A DNA stretch of 32,000 nt from Orrella daihaiensis. Its GTDB lineage: Bacteria > Pseudomonadota > Gammaproteobacteria > Burkholderiales > Burkholderiaceae_B. A program made the translations under genes and the position numbers. The stretch covers positions 1-32,000 of the forward strand of contig NZ_CP063982.1 in NCBI RefSeq assembly GCF_022811525.1. The letters are read 5' to 3'. Shown here in pieces: positions 1 to 9,400 of the stretch. The notes below the pieces were generated by a model that was not told the DNA's origin, did no database searches, and worked only from the letters and a program-made list of their open reading frames with translations. Numbering within the stretch: position 1 is the stretch's first letter; every line of letters starts with the position of its first letter.

Positions 1-1206
1 GTGAAGATACCTTTTACCAAACTAAACATTGACAAGCTCACCTGCGCCAAAGAGCTGGGGCGGGCATTTTGGCGCGACACTCTGTGCCGTGGCTTGTTAG
101 TTGAAGTGCGCTCAACAGGCGGAAAAACCTACTATCTCAGCTACAGGGACACACGCGGCAAACAGCGCATGTTCAAGCTCGCAAACGCTGGAGACATCAC
201 ACCAGCACAAGCGCGGCAGCTATGCGACAAGCGCCGTATGCAACTAGCAATGGGCGAAGATATCGCAGATGAGCGTCAAGCCGCACGCAGCTGTCCACGA
301 GTAGATGAGTTTTTTTACGAGCAGTATCTACCCTATGCCAAAAGCTATAAGCGCAGCTGGGATACAGATGTGAGCTATTACGAAACGCACATACGTGATT
401 GCATTGGTGAACTGCACATGGACAGCGTGGGCAAGCGCGAAGTCATAGTTCTGATGCAGACAGCGAATCAACGCATAGCACCCAGCAGCGCCTATCGCCT
501 CTTCGTTCTGGTGCGTTACATGTTCAATCTCGCAGTGCGCTGGAATGTGGGTGGCATCAAACAAAATCCCACTAGCGGCTACGATTTGCCACGCATTGAG
601 AATCACCGCGAGCGCTACCTCAACAAGGAAGAAACGCAACGACTATTAAACGCCATCAACCGTTCGCGCAATCCTATGCTGCGCTTCATCATCCCCATGC
701 TGCTGCTCACAGGCGCACGCAAACGAGAAGTGTTAGATGCACGCTGGGCAGACTTTGACACAGAGCGCCGATTTTGGCGCATTCCCTATACCAAAGCGGG
801 AACCGAACGTCACGTGCCCTTAAGTGATGCCGCACTGGCCTTGCTGCGTAGCATTCCGCGTCGTTCCAACTGCCTTTATGTGTTCGCCAATCCGAACACA
901 CATCAGCCTTACGTTTCTATCTACTACTCATGGCACAGTGCTCGCAAAGAAGCGGGGTTGGCAGATGTGCGGGTACATGATTTGCGCCACAGCTTTGCCA
1001 GCTTTTTAGTCAACGCGGGATGCAGCTTGTATGAGGTACAAAAGCTTCTCGGACACAGCAGCGCAAAGATGACGCAACGCTACAGTCACCTCAATCAAAC
1101 GTCGCTGCTGCGAGCCGTGAGCTTGGCGCAGGACTATGTGTGCAGCACTGCGGGTGCCGAGGGTATTTCTACTATGCCTGCCGTCACCGAGCGTAAGGTG
1201 TCGTAG
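1..1206 (+). CDS. int: Tyrosine recombinase / phage-type integrase (P4/CP4-57-like, with N-terminal arm-binding-type domain)
   Basis: 401-aa ORF starting with GTG at window position 1. The N-terminus (MKIPFTKLNIDKL...) looks complete, but upstream sequence is not visible. Catalytic signature of the tyrosine recombinase family: R in LLLTGARKREV, H-x-x-R in VHDLRHSFAS, and H...Y in LGHSSAKMTQRYSH. Confidence 0.9.
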   Translation: MKIPFTKLNIDKLTCAKELGRAFWRDTLCRGLLVEVRSTGGKTYYLSYRDTRGKQRMFKLANAGDITPAQARQLCDKRRMQLAMGEDIADERQAARSCPRVDEFFYEQYLPYAKSYKRSWDTDVSYYETHIRDCIGELHMDSVGKREVIVLMQTANQRIAPSSAYRLFVLVRYMFNLAVRWNVGGIKQNPTSGYDLPRIENHRERYLNKEETQRLLNAINRSRNPMLRFIIPMLLLTGARKREVLDARWADFDTERRFWRIPYTKAGTERHVPLSDAALALLRSIPRRSNCLYVFANPNTHQPYVSIYYSWHSARKEAGLADVRVHDLRHSFASFLVNAGCSLYEVQKLLGHSSAKMTQRYSHLNQTSLLRAVSLAQDYVCSTAGAEGISTMPAVTERKVS

Positions 1207-1256
1207 AAAAACCCTGCAACCGTCAAAACCGTGTTCTTTTGCGTCGATTTCCAACA

Positions 1257-1448
1257 TTAGCCCTTGGCTCTTAAGCGCACAGACGCTTGCTGTTGTCGCT
1301 CAAGCTCCTTTGCACGCCGCTGTCGTTCGCGCTCTACTGCCAGTGCACGCCGCTGCTGCTCAATATTCTTCTGCAGTGCATGGATACGCAGCTGGGAAGG
1401 TGTTTTAGCAGTTGTGGGCTTTTTTGCAGAGAACTCAATGTAGCGCAT
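1257..1448 (-). CDS. Small basic coiled-coil hypothetical protein (63 aa)
   Basis: ATG ORF starting 12 nt after the stop of the upstream minus-strand gene (1460-1900). Arg/Gln/Glu-rich helical sequence (EQQRRALAVERERQRRAKELERQQQ). No convincing RBS and no recognisable family. Confidence 0.3.
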   Translation of the reverse strand: MRYIEFSAKKPTTAKTPSQLRIHALQKNIEQQRRALAVERERQRRAKELERQQQASVRLRAKG

Positions 1449-1459
1449 ACAGGTATTTA

Positions 1460-1900
1460 TTACCTGCGCACAAAGCCAGCACGCAGTTGCCCACTCACCG
1501 CTTCAATCTGCGCATCCAGCTCGCCACTGATGACAGCGGATTTGATGATGTCCAGCGTGGGTACGAGTTCTTCGCGGCTTGCCAGCTCCACGGTGACTTT
1601 GCCCTTTGCCAGCTCCACCACCTTGCTGCCATAACGAATATGCACACAGACTTTGCCATTGTCGGATTCAAACCACCAAGGTTTTACCCTTTTTTGTACC
1701 TCCACAGTTTTACGCACACCTTCAGTGCTCACGATGCTTTTGAGTTGTTTGCTGGTGTAGGTATTGCCCTGCGCCTGTGCGCGAGCCAGCTCCATTTGCT
1801 CCCAGATGCGCTTTGCCAACTTATTGCGACACTGCACGATAGCAGGCTGCTGTGTGGGTTTGCGTGTATTGGTGAGTTTGAGGTTTGCGAGTGCTGTCAT
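1460..1900 (-). CDS. Conserved hypothetical protein (146 aa), of a type seen next to island integrases
   Basis: ATG start preceded by AGGAGA (reverse complement of 1905-1910). The sequence (RNKLAKRIWEQMELARAQ...KRVKPWWFESDNGKVCVHIRYGSKVVELAKGK...SGELDAQIE) resembles a family of ~145-aa proteins I recall from proteobacterial genomic islands. I cannot name the family with certainty. Confidence 0.6.
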   Translation of the reverse strand: MTALANLKLTNTRKPTQQPAIVQCRNKLAKRIWEQMELARAQAQGNTYTSKQLKSIVSTEGVRKTVEVQKRVKPWWFESDNGKVCVHIRYGSKVVELAKGKVTVELASREELVPTLDIIKSAVISGELDAQIEAVSGQLRAGFVRR

Positions 1901-2045
1901 GGACTGTCTCCTATTTAGGACAAGGGTTGTAGAACACAGCCTTTACTGTGCAATCAGACGCTGGATAGGACAACAGGCACGCACATCTTCGAAAAGAGAA
2001 GAACCATTTTTTATGGCATTTCTTTTCTTTTGCATAAATAAATGT

Positions 2046-2390
2046 ATGCGTAAAACACAAACACCTTTACAGCTGTGGCTAGCACAACAGGGACTCAATG
2101 AAGAGCTTTTTGCAGCTTTGCCACTGCTGCACGTACAGGCTTGGCAGGCAGCACATGAGCTGGTTGCCCATCACCGTAATCTGCTCAATCCTGAACAGGT
2201 GCAGCTGCTACGCACGTACATCGAAGTAATCCACAATCGCAGGCTACGCCAAGGCATCACCAACACACAATGCTACGCAGTTTTGAATCTCAGCAAGAAA
2301 ATTTATCGGCAACTGTTTAAGAAACATCGCAGGCACATTGCACGCAATCAAACGCACACAGGCACAGCAACGCACGCAACAACTGTTTAG
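2046..2390 (+). CDS. Hypothetical protein (114 aa)
   Basis: ATG at 2046, inside the longer 1764-2390 frame and divergent from the 1460-1900 gene. No recognisable domain. The start choice is uncertain (another ATG lies at 2013). Confidence 0.35.
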   Translation: MRKTQTPLQLWLAQQGLNEELFAALPLLHVQAWQAAHELVAHHRNLLNPEQVQLLRTYIEVIHNRRLRQGITNTQCYAVLNLSKKIYRQLFKKHRRHIARNQTHTGTATHATTV

Positions 2391-2820
2391 GCACAGGATA
2401 CAAGCGCAGATAAGCCACTGCCACAAACAAAGGGCAAAAACGCAGGTTGTAATATGACGGCTAATGAGCCTGCACTTATTCAGTGTTGGATATAGAGGAC
2501 ACTGAAGCAATAAGTGAGCCGCAGAGTTTTACTGGTGTGCGCTGCGCACTGGGCTTTGGAAGTTTCAATCCATTCGTCTTCCACCAAACTCTTCTATATT
2601 CGTGTAGTAACAACTCAACTCAAATGAGACTACGCGACACGGCGACTATGGCACGACTATGTTTCTCGTGCTATAGCCGTCGTGCGTCCAATCTAATCTA
2701 AATGAGCCATTCAATATCAATCACAACTGCTGTTGTTCAAAGAAAAAAAGTGGCGATGAGCGAAGAGCGAAGAGCAGGCGAACGCAAGTTCGGCTCAACA
2801 CTACACCAAGCAATGCCACA

Positions 2821-2863
2821 AAGCGGTAGGACAAAGCCGTAGGACAAAGCGGTAGGACAAAGC
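2821..2863. repeat. Three tandem 13-bp direct repeats (G/C)GTAGGACAAAGC, iteron-like
   Basis: Read directly: aagc GGTAGGACAAAGC CGTAGGACAAAGC GGTAGGACAAAGC agc. TAGGACAA cores are at 2827, 2840 and 2853. Confidence 0.9.
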
Positions 2864-2978
2864 AGCATCACGCAAGTGGTGGTTGTGGGGTATAGAAATC
2901 ACCACACCAAATCCATAAGTACTCCGCAACAGAAAACTGCAGCAGTGGCATATCAGCCACAACATACCCATCGCGCAT

Positions 2979-3001
2979 AACCCAGATGCGGGCTGGGTTT
3001 T
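2979..3001 (+). terminator. Possible rho-independent terminator (plus-strand orientation)
   Basis: 7-bp stem AACCCAG / CTGGGTT with a 7-nt loop ATGCGGG, running into TTTT-G-T. No annotated plus-strand CDS lies upstream of it. Confidence 0.35.
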
Positions 3002-3323
3002 GTGCACTGAATTGTGTATGTAAGCGTCATGAAAATTGACGCTCAAGCAGCGCACACAACACGCTACAGCGCGCGTTTAGGCGCTAGTGGTTGTGCGGGT
3101 AGCGACGGCTGGCTAAAACAGCGCAAAGACGCATTTTATGCAGCGAGCGCAGCTGCTGCGGCATAAATACTGCGAGAAAAGGAAATACACAAAAGCTTAT
3201 CGCACCACGCTATGTCGTTGATTTGTGGAAGGCTTTTATGAGAGCAGATTCTGGTAGGAAAAACACAGAAATGAAAACACACTTATACGCATCAATTCAT
3301 TGATAGCACAGGAGCAAAACACA

Positions 3324-3890
3324 ATGGCACAGGCAAAAACACTCACTCAATCCGAAGTCGAACAGGTGCTGCGCTACGCAGCCAGCACTCGCTACCCACA
3401 GCGCAATCGCGCACTGCTGCTCACCAGCTTGTGGAGTGGGATGCGGGTGGGTGAGATTGCAGCATTGAAGGTGAGTGATGTGCAAAACAGCGATGGCAGC
3501 ATAAAGACAGAAGTGCGATTAGCGGCTGCGCAAACCAAGGGCAAGCATGGCAGGGTGGTGTTTTTAAATGACAAACTGCGCGAGGAGTTGGCGGCGTATC
3601 TCAATACCCGGCGCATCAAGCAACCCACCCAGCCGCTGTTTTACACAGAGAAGGCAGCAGGATGGACAGCGAACACACTCACGCAATGGTTTCATTGGAC
3701 ATACAAAAAGGCAGGCATCGCGGGTGCCAGTAGCCACAGCGGACGCAGGACGTTTATCACCACGCTTGCCAGCAAAGGCATTGGTGTGCGGGTATTGGCA
3801 AGCCTAGCTGGACATCGCTCAATAGCGGTTACGCAAGCCTATATTGATGTAAACGACGAGATGAAACGTGCTGCAGTGCAGCTAGCTTAG
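3324..3890 (+). CDS. Small tyrosine recombinase (188 aa, catalytic domain only; FimB/FimE-sized)
   Basis: ATG at 3324 with GGAG 9 nt upstream (the ORF track starts at TTG 3300). Motifs: R in SGMRVGEIAAL, H-x-x-R in SHSGRRTFIT, and H...Y in AGHRSIAVTQAYI. Confidence 0.8.
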   Translation: MAQAKTLTQSEVEQVLRYAASTRYPQRNRALLLTSLWSGMRVGEIAALKVSDVQNSDGSIKTEVRLAAAQTKGKHGRVVFLNDKLREELAAYLNTRRIKQPTQPLFYTEKAAGWTANTLTQWFHWTYKKAGIAGASSHSGRRTFITTLASKGIGVRVLASLAGHRSIAVTQAYIDVNDEMKRAAVQLA

Positions 3891-4094
3891 GTAGAAGCGC
3901 AGACAGAAAGAACAGAAAGAACAGGCGAGTTAAATGGACAGGACGGTGCGCAGTGCGCAGCCACGCTAGCGAGAGAGGCTGTTTTTGGCACTGCAGGGTT
4001 TTTTGACGAGACAGGCAATTCCCACACTATTGAGAGGGTTTTTGCTGCTGCTGGGTTTTAGGACAGGATGTCTGCGCAAAAAACCCCGCACTGC

Positions 4095-4101
4095 GCTAAA
4101 C
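4095..4101. repeat. Target-site duplication GCTAAAC (left copy) of IS copy A
   Basis: The identical 7-mer directly flanks both ends of the IS (4095-4101 and 5323-5329). Confidence 0.85.
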
Positions 4102-5322
4102 TGAAGTAGTTTCGATTTGATCTGACAATTAGGCCTTGCCAAGAGGTGGGGTTACCCAGTTTGATAGAGGTGCGAACTTTTATCAACTAGCGCGAAGCGC
4201 AATGGAGTAACCCCATGAGTAGTGTTAACCAAAATGTCATCAAACACAAGGTCGGCCTGTTGAACTTGGCTGCCGAGCTTGGAAACGTATCTCGCGCCTG
4301 CAAGGTGATGGGCTTTTCCCGAGACACCTTCTACCGATACCAAGCAGCCGTTGCTGAAGGCGGTGTAGAAGCTTTGCTCGATGCCAACCGCAAGAAGCCA
4401 AACTTGCGAAATCGTATTGAGCAAAGCATTGAATCTGCCGTGGTGGCCTTTGCCCTGGAGCAGCCCGCCTTTGGCCAAGTCCGTGTCTCTAACGAGCTGC
4501 GTAAGCGAGGTGTCTTTGTTTCGCCATCTGGCGTGAGGTCGGTTTGGTTACGTCATGACCTCGAATCATTCAAGAAGCGCCTGATTTCGTTAGAGAAACA
4601 TGTAGCAGCCACGGGCGAAGTCTTGACCGAAGCTCAGGTCGCAGCACTCGAGAAAAAGCAAGAAGACGACGTCGCCCACGGAGAGATTGAGACTGAGCAC
4701 CCCGGTTACCTAGGCAGCCAAGATACGTTCTATGTGGGTACCATCAAGGGCGTGGGTCGTATCTACCAATCAGACCTTTGTCGATACCTACTCCAAGTGG
4801 GCGACTGCGAAGCTGTACTGCACCAAGACACCGATTACCGCTGCAGACCTATTGAACGACCGTGTGCTGCCGTTCTTTGCAGAACAGCAGATGGGTGTTC
4901 TGAGGATCCTGACAGACCGTGGGACAGAATTCTGCGGCAAGGCCGAAACTCATGATTACCAGCTGTACTTGGCGCTCAATGACATCGAGCACACCAAGAC
5001 CAAGGTCATGCACCCTCAGACCAATGGCATCTGTGAACGGTTTCACAAGACGATTCTGCAGGAGTTTTATCAGGTCGCCTTCAGACGAAAAATCTATCGG
5101 TCCATCGAAGAGCTGCAGGCTGATCTGGACGAGTGGCTGCATTACTACAACCATGACCGAACTCATCAAGGCAAGATGTGCTGTGGTCGAACACCGATGG
5201 AAACATTAATTGCTGGCAAACCAGCGTGGGAGGATAAAATCAACCAACTGAATCACTGAACTTGATCTGACATACAGGCACCGCAAACTGGGGATCTGTC
5301 AGATCAAGTCGCGACTACTACA
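4102..5322 (+). mobile_element. IS481-family insertion sequence, copy A (1221 bp)
   Basis: 26-bp imperfect terminal inverted repeats: TGAAGTAGTTTCGATTTGATCTGACA at 4102-4127, and the reverse complement of 5297-5322 (TGTAGTAGTCGCGACTTGATCTGACA), 22/26 matching. 7-bp TSD. Internal HTH + DDE (rve-type) transposase. A second collinear copy lies at 15943-17166. Confidence 0.9.
4215..5259 (+). pseudogene. IS481-family DDE transposase, interrupted by a +1 frame change at about 4770
   Basis: ORF 4215-4955 carries the N-terminal HTH (LGNVSRACKVMGFSRDTFYRY) and the first catalytic D (GSQDTFYVG). ORF 4732-5259, in the +1 frame, carries the second D (LTDRGTEF) and the E (PQTNGICERFHKT). The expected continuous reading ...GRIYQ-QTFVDTYSKW... 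is broken by one extra T at 4770. Confidence 0.8.
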
Positions 5323-5329
5323 GCTAAAC
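5323..5329. repeat. Target-site duplication GCTAAAC (right copy) of IS copy A
   Basis: Same 7-mer as 4095-4101. On the minus strand it contains the TAG stop codon of the 5324-6253 gene. Confidence 0.85.
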
Positions 5330-6253
5330 CCTATCCTTTCCGTTCTTTTTGCCCCTTTTTATGTCATTTTTGCCATTTTTGCCCTGCTTGCTCCTGCCCC
5401 TGCCCACTGCCTGCTGCGATTCCAACTCCCTCGCCATTTCCAGCTGTTCCCGTTCATAAGCGTCCAGTTCGGACTCAAAGCCCTTAAGCAGCTGTTCTTC
5501 CATCTCACGCACTCGTCTGTCTCTTGCGCTAACACCACTGTCTCGCAGCGCATCTTCGCGTGCAAACCCATGGCGCTGTAGTGCCGCATTGGCTGCACTG
5601 TGCGGATTGGTGCCTTCGTCTGCAGCAAAGTAAGCGTCTAGATACACACGGGCTGCCCGCACTTCACGTCGATGCTGCTCACGCTCCAGCTCCTCAAGCA
5701 GATTGTCATGGAGCTGCGCACGTTGCGCCTCTAACAATTCAAGACGAATCTCACGCTTGGTTTTCCAGCCAAAGCGTTCTTCCACACTCACACGCCTGTG
5801 TGCGCTGCGGCTGGTGACTAATACGGGCAGCAAATCAAACTGGGTAGTGAGTTGTGCGGTGATGCCGCGCAGTTCGTTTGCGCCAGTGCCACCGTCTAAA
5901 TTGATTTCAGACAGCCTGTGTGCCACAGCCCTGTCCAGCCAATGTGCATGGCTTGACTGCTCATTAACCACACGCTGCACTTCAGCCTGCGCTGCCGTGA
6001 TAGCCGCCCACAGTCTTGAGTGCAGTTTCTCCAGTGCTCGCTGTTGTGTCTTGGTATTTACCTCTGCTGCCACACAGCGTGCCAACACTGCCGCAGCTTG
6101 GCGATGCAGTGCCTCGTAGTCGTTCAGTGCCGCTGGCTTTTTGGCTTTGCGTAATGTCTGTTGCCGCTGCCACTCCATATCAAACTCACGCTGCTGCGCT
6201 GGTGATAACAGCACATTGATGTGTTTGGCATCGATCTCTGCACCCGCATGCAA
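5324..6253 (-). CDS. Hypothetical charged coiled-coil protein (309 aa from TTG) with a Lys/Gly-rich C-terminal tail
   Basis: Long ORF with no recognisable domain. The tail is GRGRSKQGKNGKNDIKRGKKNGKDRV. The same frame continues upstream to an ATG at 6301 (MNLFERLERLE) but is interrupted by a TAG at 6266-6268. Confidence 0.5.
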   Translation of the reverse strand: MHAGAEIDAKHINVLLSPAQQREFDMEWQRQQTLRKAKKPAALNDYEALHRQAAAVLARCVAAEVNTKTQQRALEKLHSRLWAAITAAQAEVQRVVNEQSSHAHWLDRAVAHRLSEINLDGGTGANELRGITAQLTTQFDLLPVLVTSRSAHRRVSVEERFGWKTKREIRLELLEAQRAQLHDNLLEELEREQHRREVRAARVYLDAYFAADEGTNPHSAANAALQRHGFAREDALRDSGVSARDRRVREMEEQLLKGFESELDAYEREQLEMARELESQQAVGRGRSKQGKNGKNDIKRGKKNGKDRV

Positions 6254-6334
6254 TTCAGTGATGCGCTACTCCAACCTCTCCAGTCGTTCAAACAGGTTCA
6301 TGCGCAGACTGTAGCGCCAAGACTCACGGACAAT

Positions 6335-6360
6335 AAAAACCCCGCCTTTTGAGTCGGGGC
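6335..6360 (-). terminator. Rho-independent terminator downstream of the 1209-aa RTX gene
   Basis: Minus-strand reading GCCCCGACTCAAAAGGCGGGGTTTTT: a CCCCG/CGGGG stem followed by a T5 run, about 40 nt after the stop at 6402. Confidence 0.6.
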
Positions 6361-6401
6361 CTGACTAACTAACCCACGATGTTTTGTGGGTTGAAGGGTG
6401 T

Positions 6402-9400
6402 TTAGGCAATAAAGTCCGCCTGAGCAATCCCCGTGCTTTGATTGATGCCCGAAAGAATAATTAATGAGTCGTTATTATCAAATATGTCATTACCGTTCTG
6501 ATCGATTGCTACCAATGCGTTGCCTTCGGAAATATTCGCAACGTTCCATGCCACATACACAGAATCACCACTGTTTGACACGTGGAAAGCCCTTTCCGCA
6601 TCCGAGACGAATTCCTCTAGGCTGGTTATCAAAGTTCCGTCAGCGATAGTGACGTCTGCCGATGTCAAGCCAGCGACATTAGTTTTAATTTTGTCTATGC
6701 CAGTAGCAAAGTCAAGGATTGTGTCTGCCGTAGCAAGTGTGATGCCAGTTGCACCGTCTGCGTACACAAAAGTATCAGCCCCATTGTTACCCATTAGAAA
6801 ATCGGCACCCGCGCCGCCAATGATGGTGTCGTTGCCATCGCTGCCAAAAATTCGGTCGTTTCCGGCGTCACCATAGAGGGTGTCATCGCCCTCAAATCCA
6901 AAGAACAAATCGTCGCCACCACCGCCCCTAATAGTGTCATTGCCATTGCCCCCCGCAATGGTGTCTCCTAAGTCACCACCTACTGCAGTTCTGTTACCAC
7001 CATTCGCCAGTGTTACATCCAAACTGATGTGACGTTCGTCAATGGCCAAGACTGTACCATCGTGTGTAGTCACCTTAATGACGGTTACAAAAGGGGAAGA
7101 GGTATTTTGATGATTCACCCTCAGCTCACCAGTCGGCCCAGTGCTGTGAGGGAACACGAGAGTAACATCGCTGCTGGTTAAGTCAATCCCAGTCAATAGA
7201 CCAGTATTATCAATGATGCGTATTTGGTCTGTTCCATTACCGAAGTCGGTGATCGAGTCTTTTGCCTGGTCAGGACTGTCTCCCGACGTTGCATCGATAC
7301 GCTCGAAATAAAAGATATCGTTGCCAGCCCCACCAGTTAGCGTATCAACACCCACCCCACCATAAATTTTGTCAGCGCCATCACCTCCATCAATTCTGTC
7401 GCTACCCGCCATTCCATAAATTTCGTCAGCGCCATCACCACCATTAATTGTGTCGTCACCACCCCCTGCATCAATGTAGTCATCACCTCCGCCACTATCA
7501 ATTGTGTCGTTACCAGCTCCGGCTTCAATGTAGTCATCACCGCCGCCACCATCAATCGTATCTGCACCAGAACCGGTGATGTAACTGCCTTCACCAGTCG
7601 TTAGTGCACCTCCATCAATGGTTACGGAGGCAGTCGAAGTTGAGCCATCGACACGTCGATTAGTCGCAGTGTCACCACCAGCCGTTACGGTGGCACCATC
7701 TTCCAGAGCTGCTACGTTGATCCAATCCGATCCCGTCACTTCGATTTCTACTGTCGAATTTGCAGCGTTGTGGGTAATAATGTCCGCACCAACGCCAGCA
7801 TCGGTGATGACATTGTCACCAGCCCCACCAGTCAGCCTATCCGCACCTGCACCACCCGCAATGGTGTCATCGCCCGCACCACCAATGATGACGTCATTTC
7901 CAGAGCCGCCGAGGATGGTGTCATTCCCGGTACCGCCAACGATGGTCTTAGCAGCATCATCGCCTATACCTGAACTACCCGTAATATTCAGTGCTTCAGT
8001 TTGAGCGCTAAAGTCGAAGGTGTAGGCACCTCTCACACCCACATTCTCAACGTTCACCAAATCTGCGTCCAGCAAATTCGCTGCCGAAACAGCTGCCGTA
8101 AATACTGCCGTGTCAGTATCGTCACCACCGTCGATCGTGTCGGTGTCGTCGGCGATCAATAAGTCTTGTCCCGCCCCACCAGTCAGCGAATCCGCACCTG
8201 CACCACCCGTAATGGTATCCGCAAATCTAGATCCAATTAACGTATTTGCACTTGCGCCACCAATCAAATGATAGCCTGTGATGCTATCGTCGGATCCAAT
8301 GCTCATATCGATGTTGAAGTCGCCTGATAAAGTGACGGCACCAACGCTCGTGTTTACGTTAGAGACCGTTGACGTGTAGTCATCCACGACAGCGGCATTC
8401 ACAACCGCAGATCCATATGCCAGCAAGATATCAGCACCATCACCAAGATCGGTAATGGTGGCGGATTGGCCAGAGACTGAGAATGTATCTGCACCTAACC
8501 CGCCCGTAAGCGTATCGCCACTGCCTTCCGACGTCAGGCTGTCGTCACCGGCACCTCCATCGAGGGTGTTGGTACCACCAAAGCCGGAGATGACGTCGTT
8601 GCCGTCACCGCCTAGCAAAGTATCATTGCCAGTGCTCCCGAAAATCCTATCGTCTCCATCACCACCCGTAAAACTGACACTCGCCCCAGGACCGGCCGTT
8701 GCTCCACTCATTGCAACTCCGACTGAGCCAGTTACTATTGCACGCATGTCAGCATTAGCCGTACCAGCGATAATTGTGGTGACGCGTTCCGGAACGGAAC
8801 TGCTTACCTCTACTGTTGTAAGATTTGACGCACCGCCTGTACCCAGATAGATAAAATTAGGAAGTACGCTGTCAATTCTCACAACGTCGAGTCCATCACC
8901 CGCGTACACGGTATTGCGACCCGCCCCAGGATTGATGACATCCGCACCTGCACCACCCGTGATAGTGTCATCACCACCATTGCCGTTGATCGTATCGTTT
9001 GCACTAGATCCCGTCAGGCTGTCTGCACCGTCACCGCCATTTAGCGTGTAGCCGTTGGTAGCTACCGTAGTCACTGTAGCCAGATTCAAATTAATCGTGG
9101 AACTGGTTGTTGCAGCATTGAGAGTCGCGCTACCACCCTCGTTCCTGGTAGCCGCTGTTGCCACAAAGGCAGACACGTTGTTAGCTATCGCGGTTGATCC
9201 GTTGCGAACAATTAAAATATCTCCAGTCGATAAGTCCGTAATGGTCGCTGTGCCCGATGCGTTCACATCAAACGTGTCGTTGCCACCACCACCGGTCATC
9301 TCATCAGTGCCACCACCACTGATAATCGTGTCATTACCGTCAGTGCCAGTTAACGTATCGGCATTAGCCGTGCCTTGAATTGGGGCTGGTGCCACTGGGG

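Noticed and set aside
1287-1918. Plus-strand ORFs 1287-1634, 1412-1918 and the 1764-2045 extension of the 2046-2390 gene.
   Set aside because: They are antisense to the better-supported 1257-1448 and 1460-1900 genes (ATG start and AGGAGA RBS for the latter). The composition is typical of shadow frames.
2558-2586. tRNA 3'-end-like remnant GGAAG-TTTCAATCC-ATTCGTCTTCC-ACCA (TTCAATC T-loop-like heptamer and terminal ACCA), a possible att-site scar for the P4-type integrase.
   Set aside because: With the T-loop placed on TTCAATC, only 3 of 5 T-stem pairs form. No complementary acceptor 5' strand or D/anticodon arms are visible upstream. It is too weak to call without tRNAscan or comparison with the actual tRNA at the island end.
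2821-2863. The 13-bp tandem repeats as a CRISPR array.
   Set aside because: The units are directly abutting with no spacers, are only 13 bp long, and there are only three of them. No cas genes are present.
2483-3055. ORFs 2483-2701 (+, 72 aa) and 2801-3055 (-, 84 aa, Cys/His-rich) in the spacer.
   Set aside because: They have non-ATG or weak starts, no RBS and odd composition. The second is read across the tandem repeats and hairpins. They are more likely non-coding.
4152-5169. Minus-strand ORFs inside the IS (4152-4478 and 4849-5169; identical copies at 15993-16319 and 16693-17013), plus the 96-aa plus-strand ORFs 4919-5209 and 16763-17053.
   Set aside because: They are nested within or antisense to the transposase reading frames and have no recognisable domain. 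They are duplicated only because the IS is duplicated.
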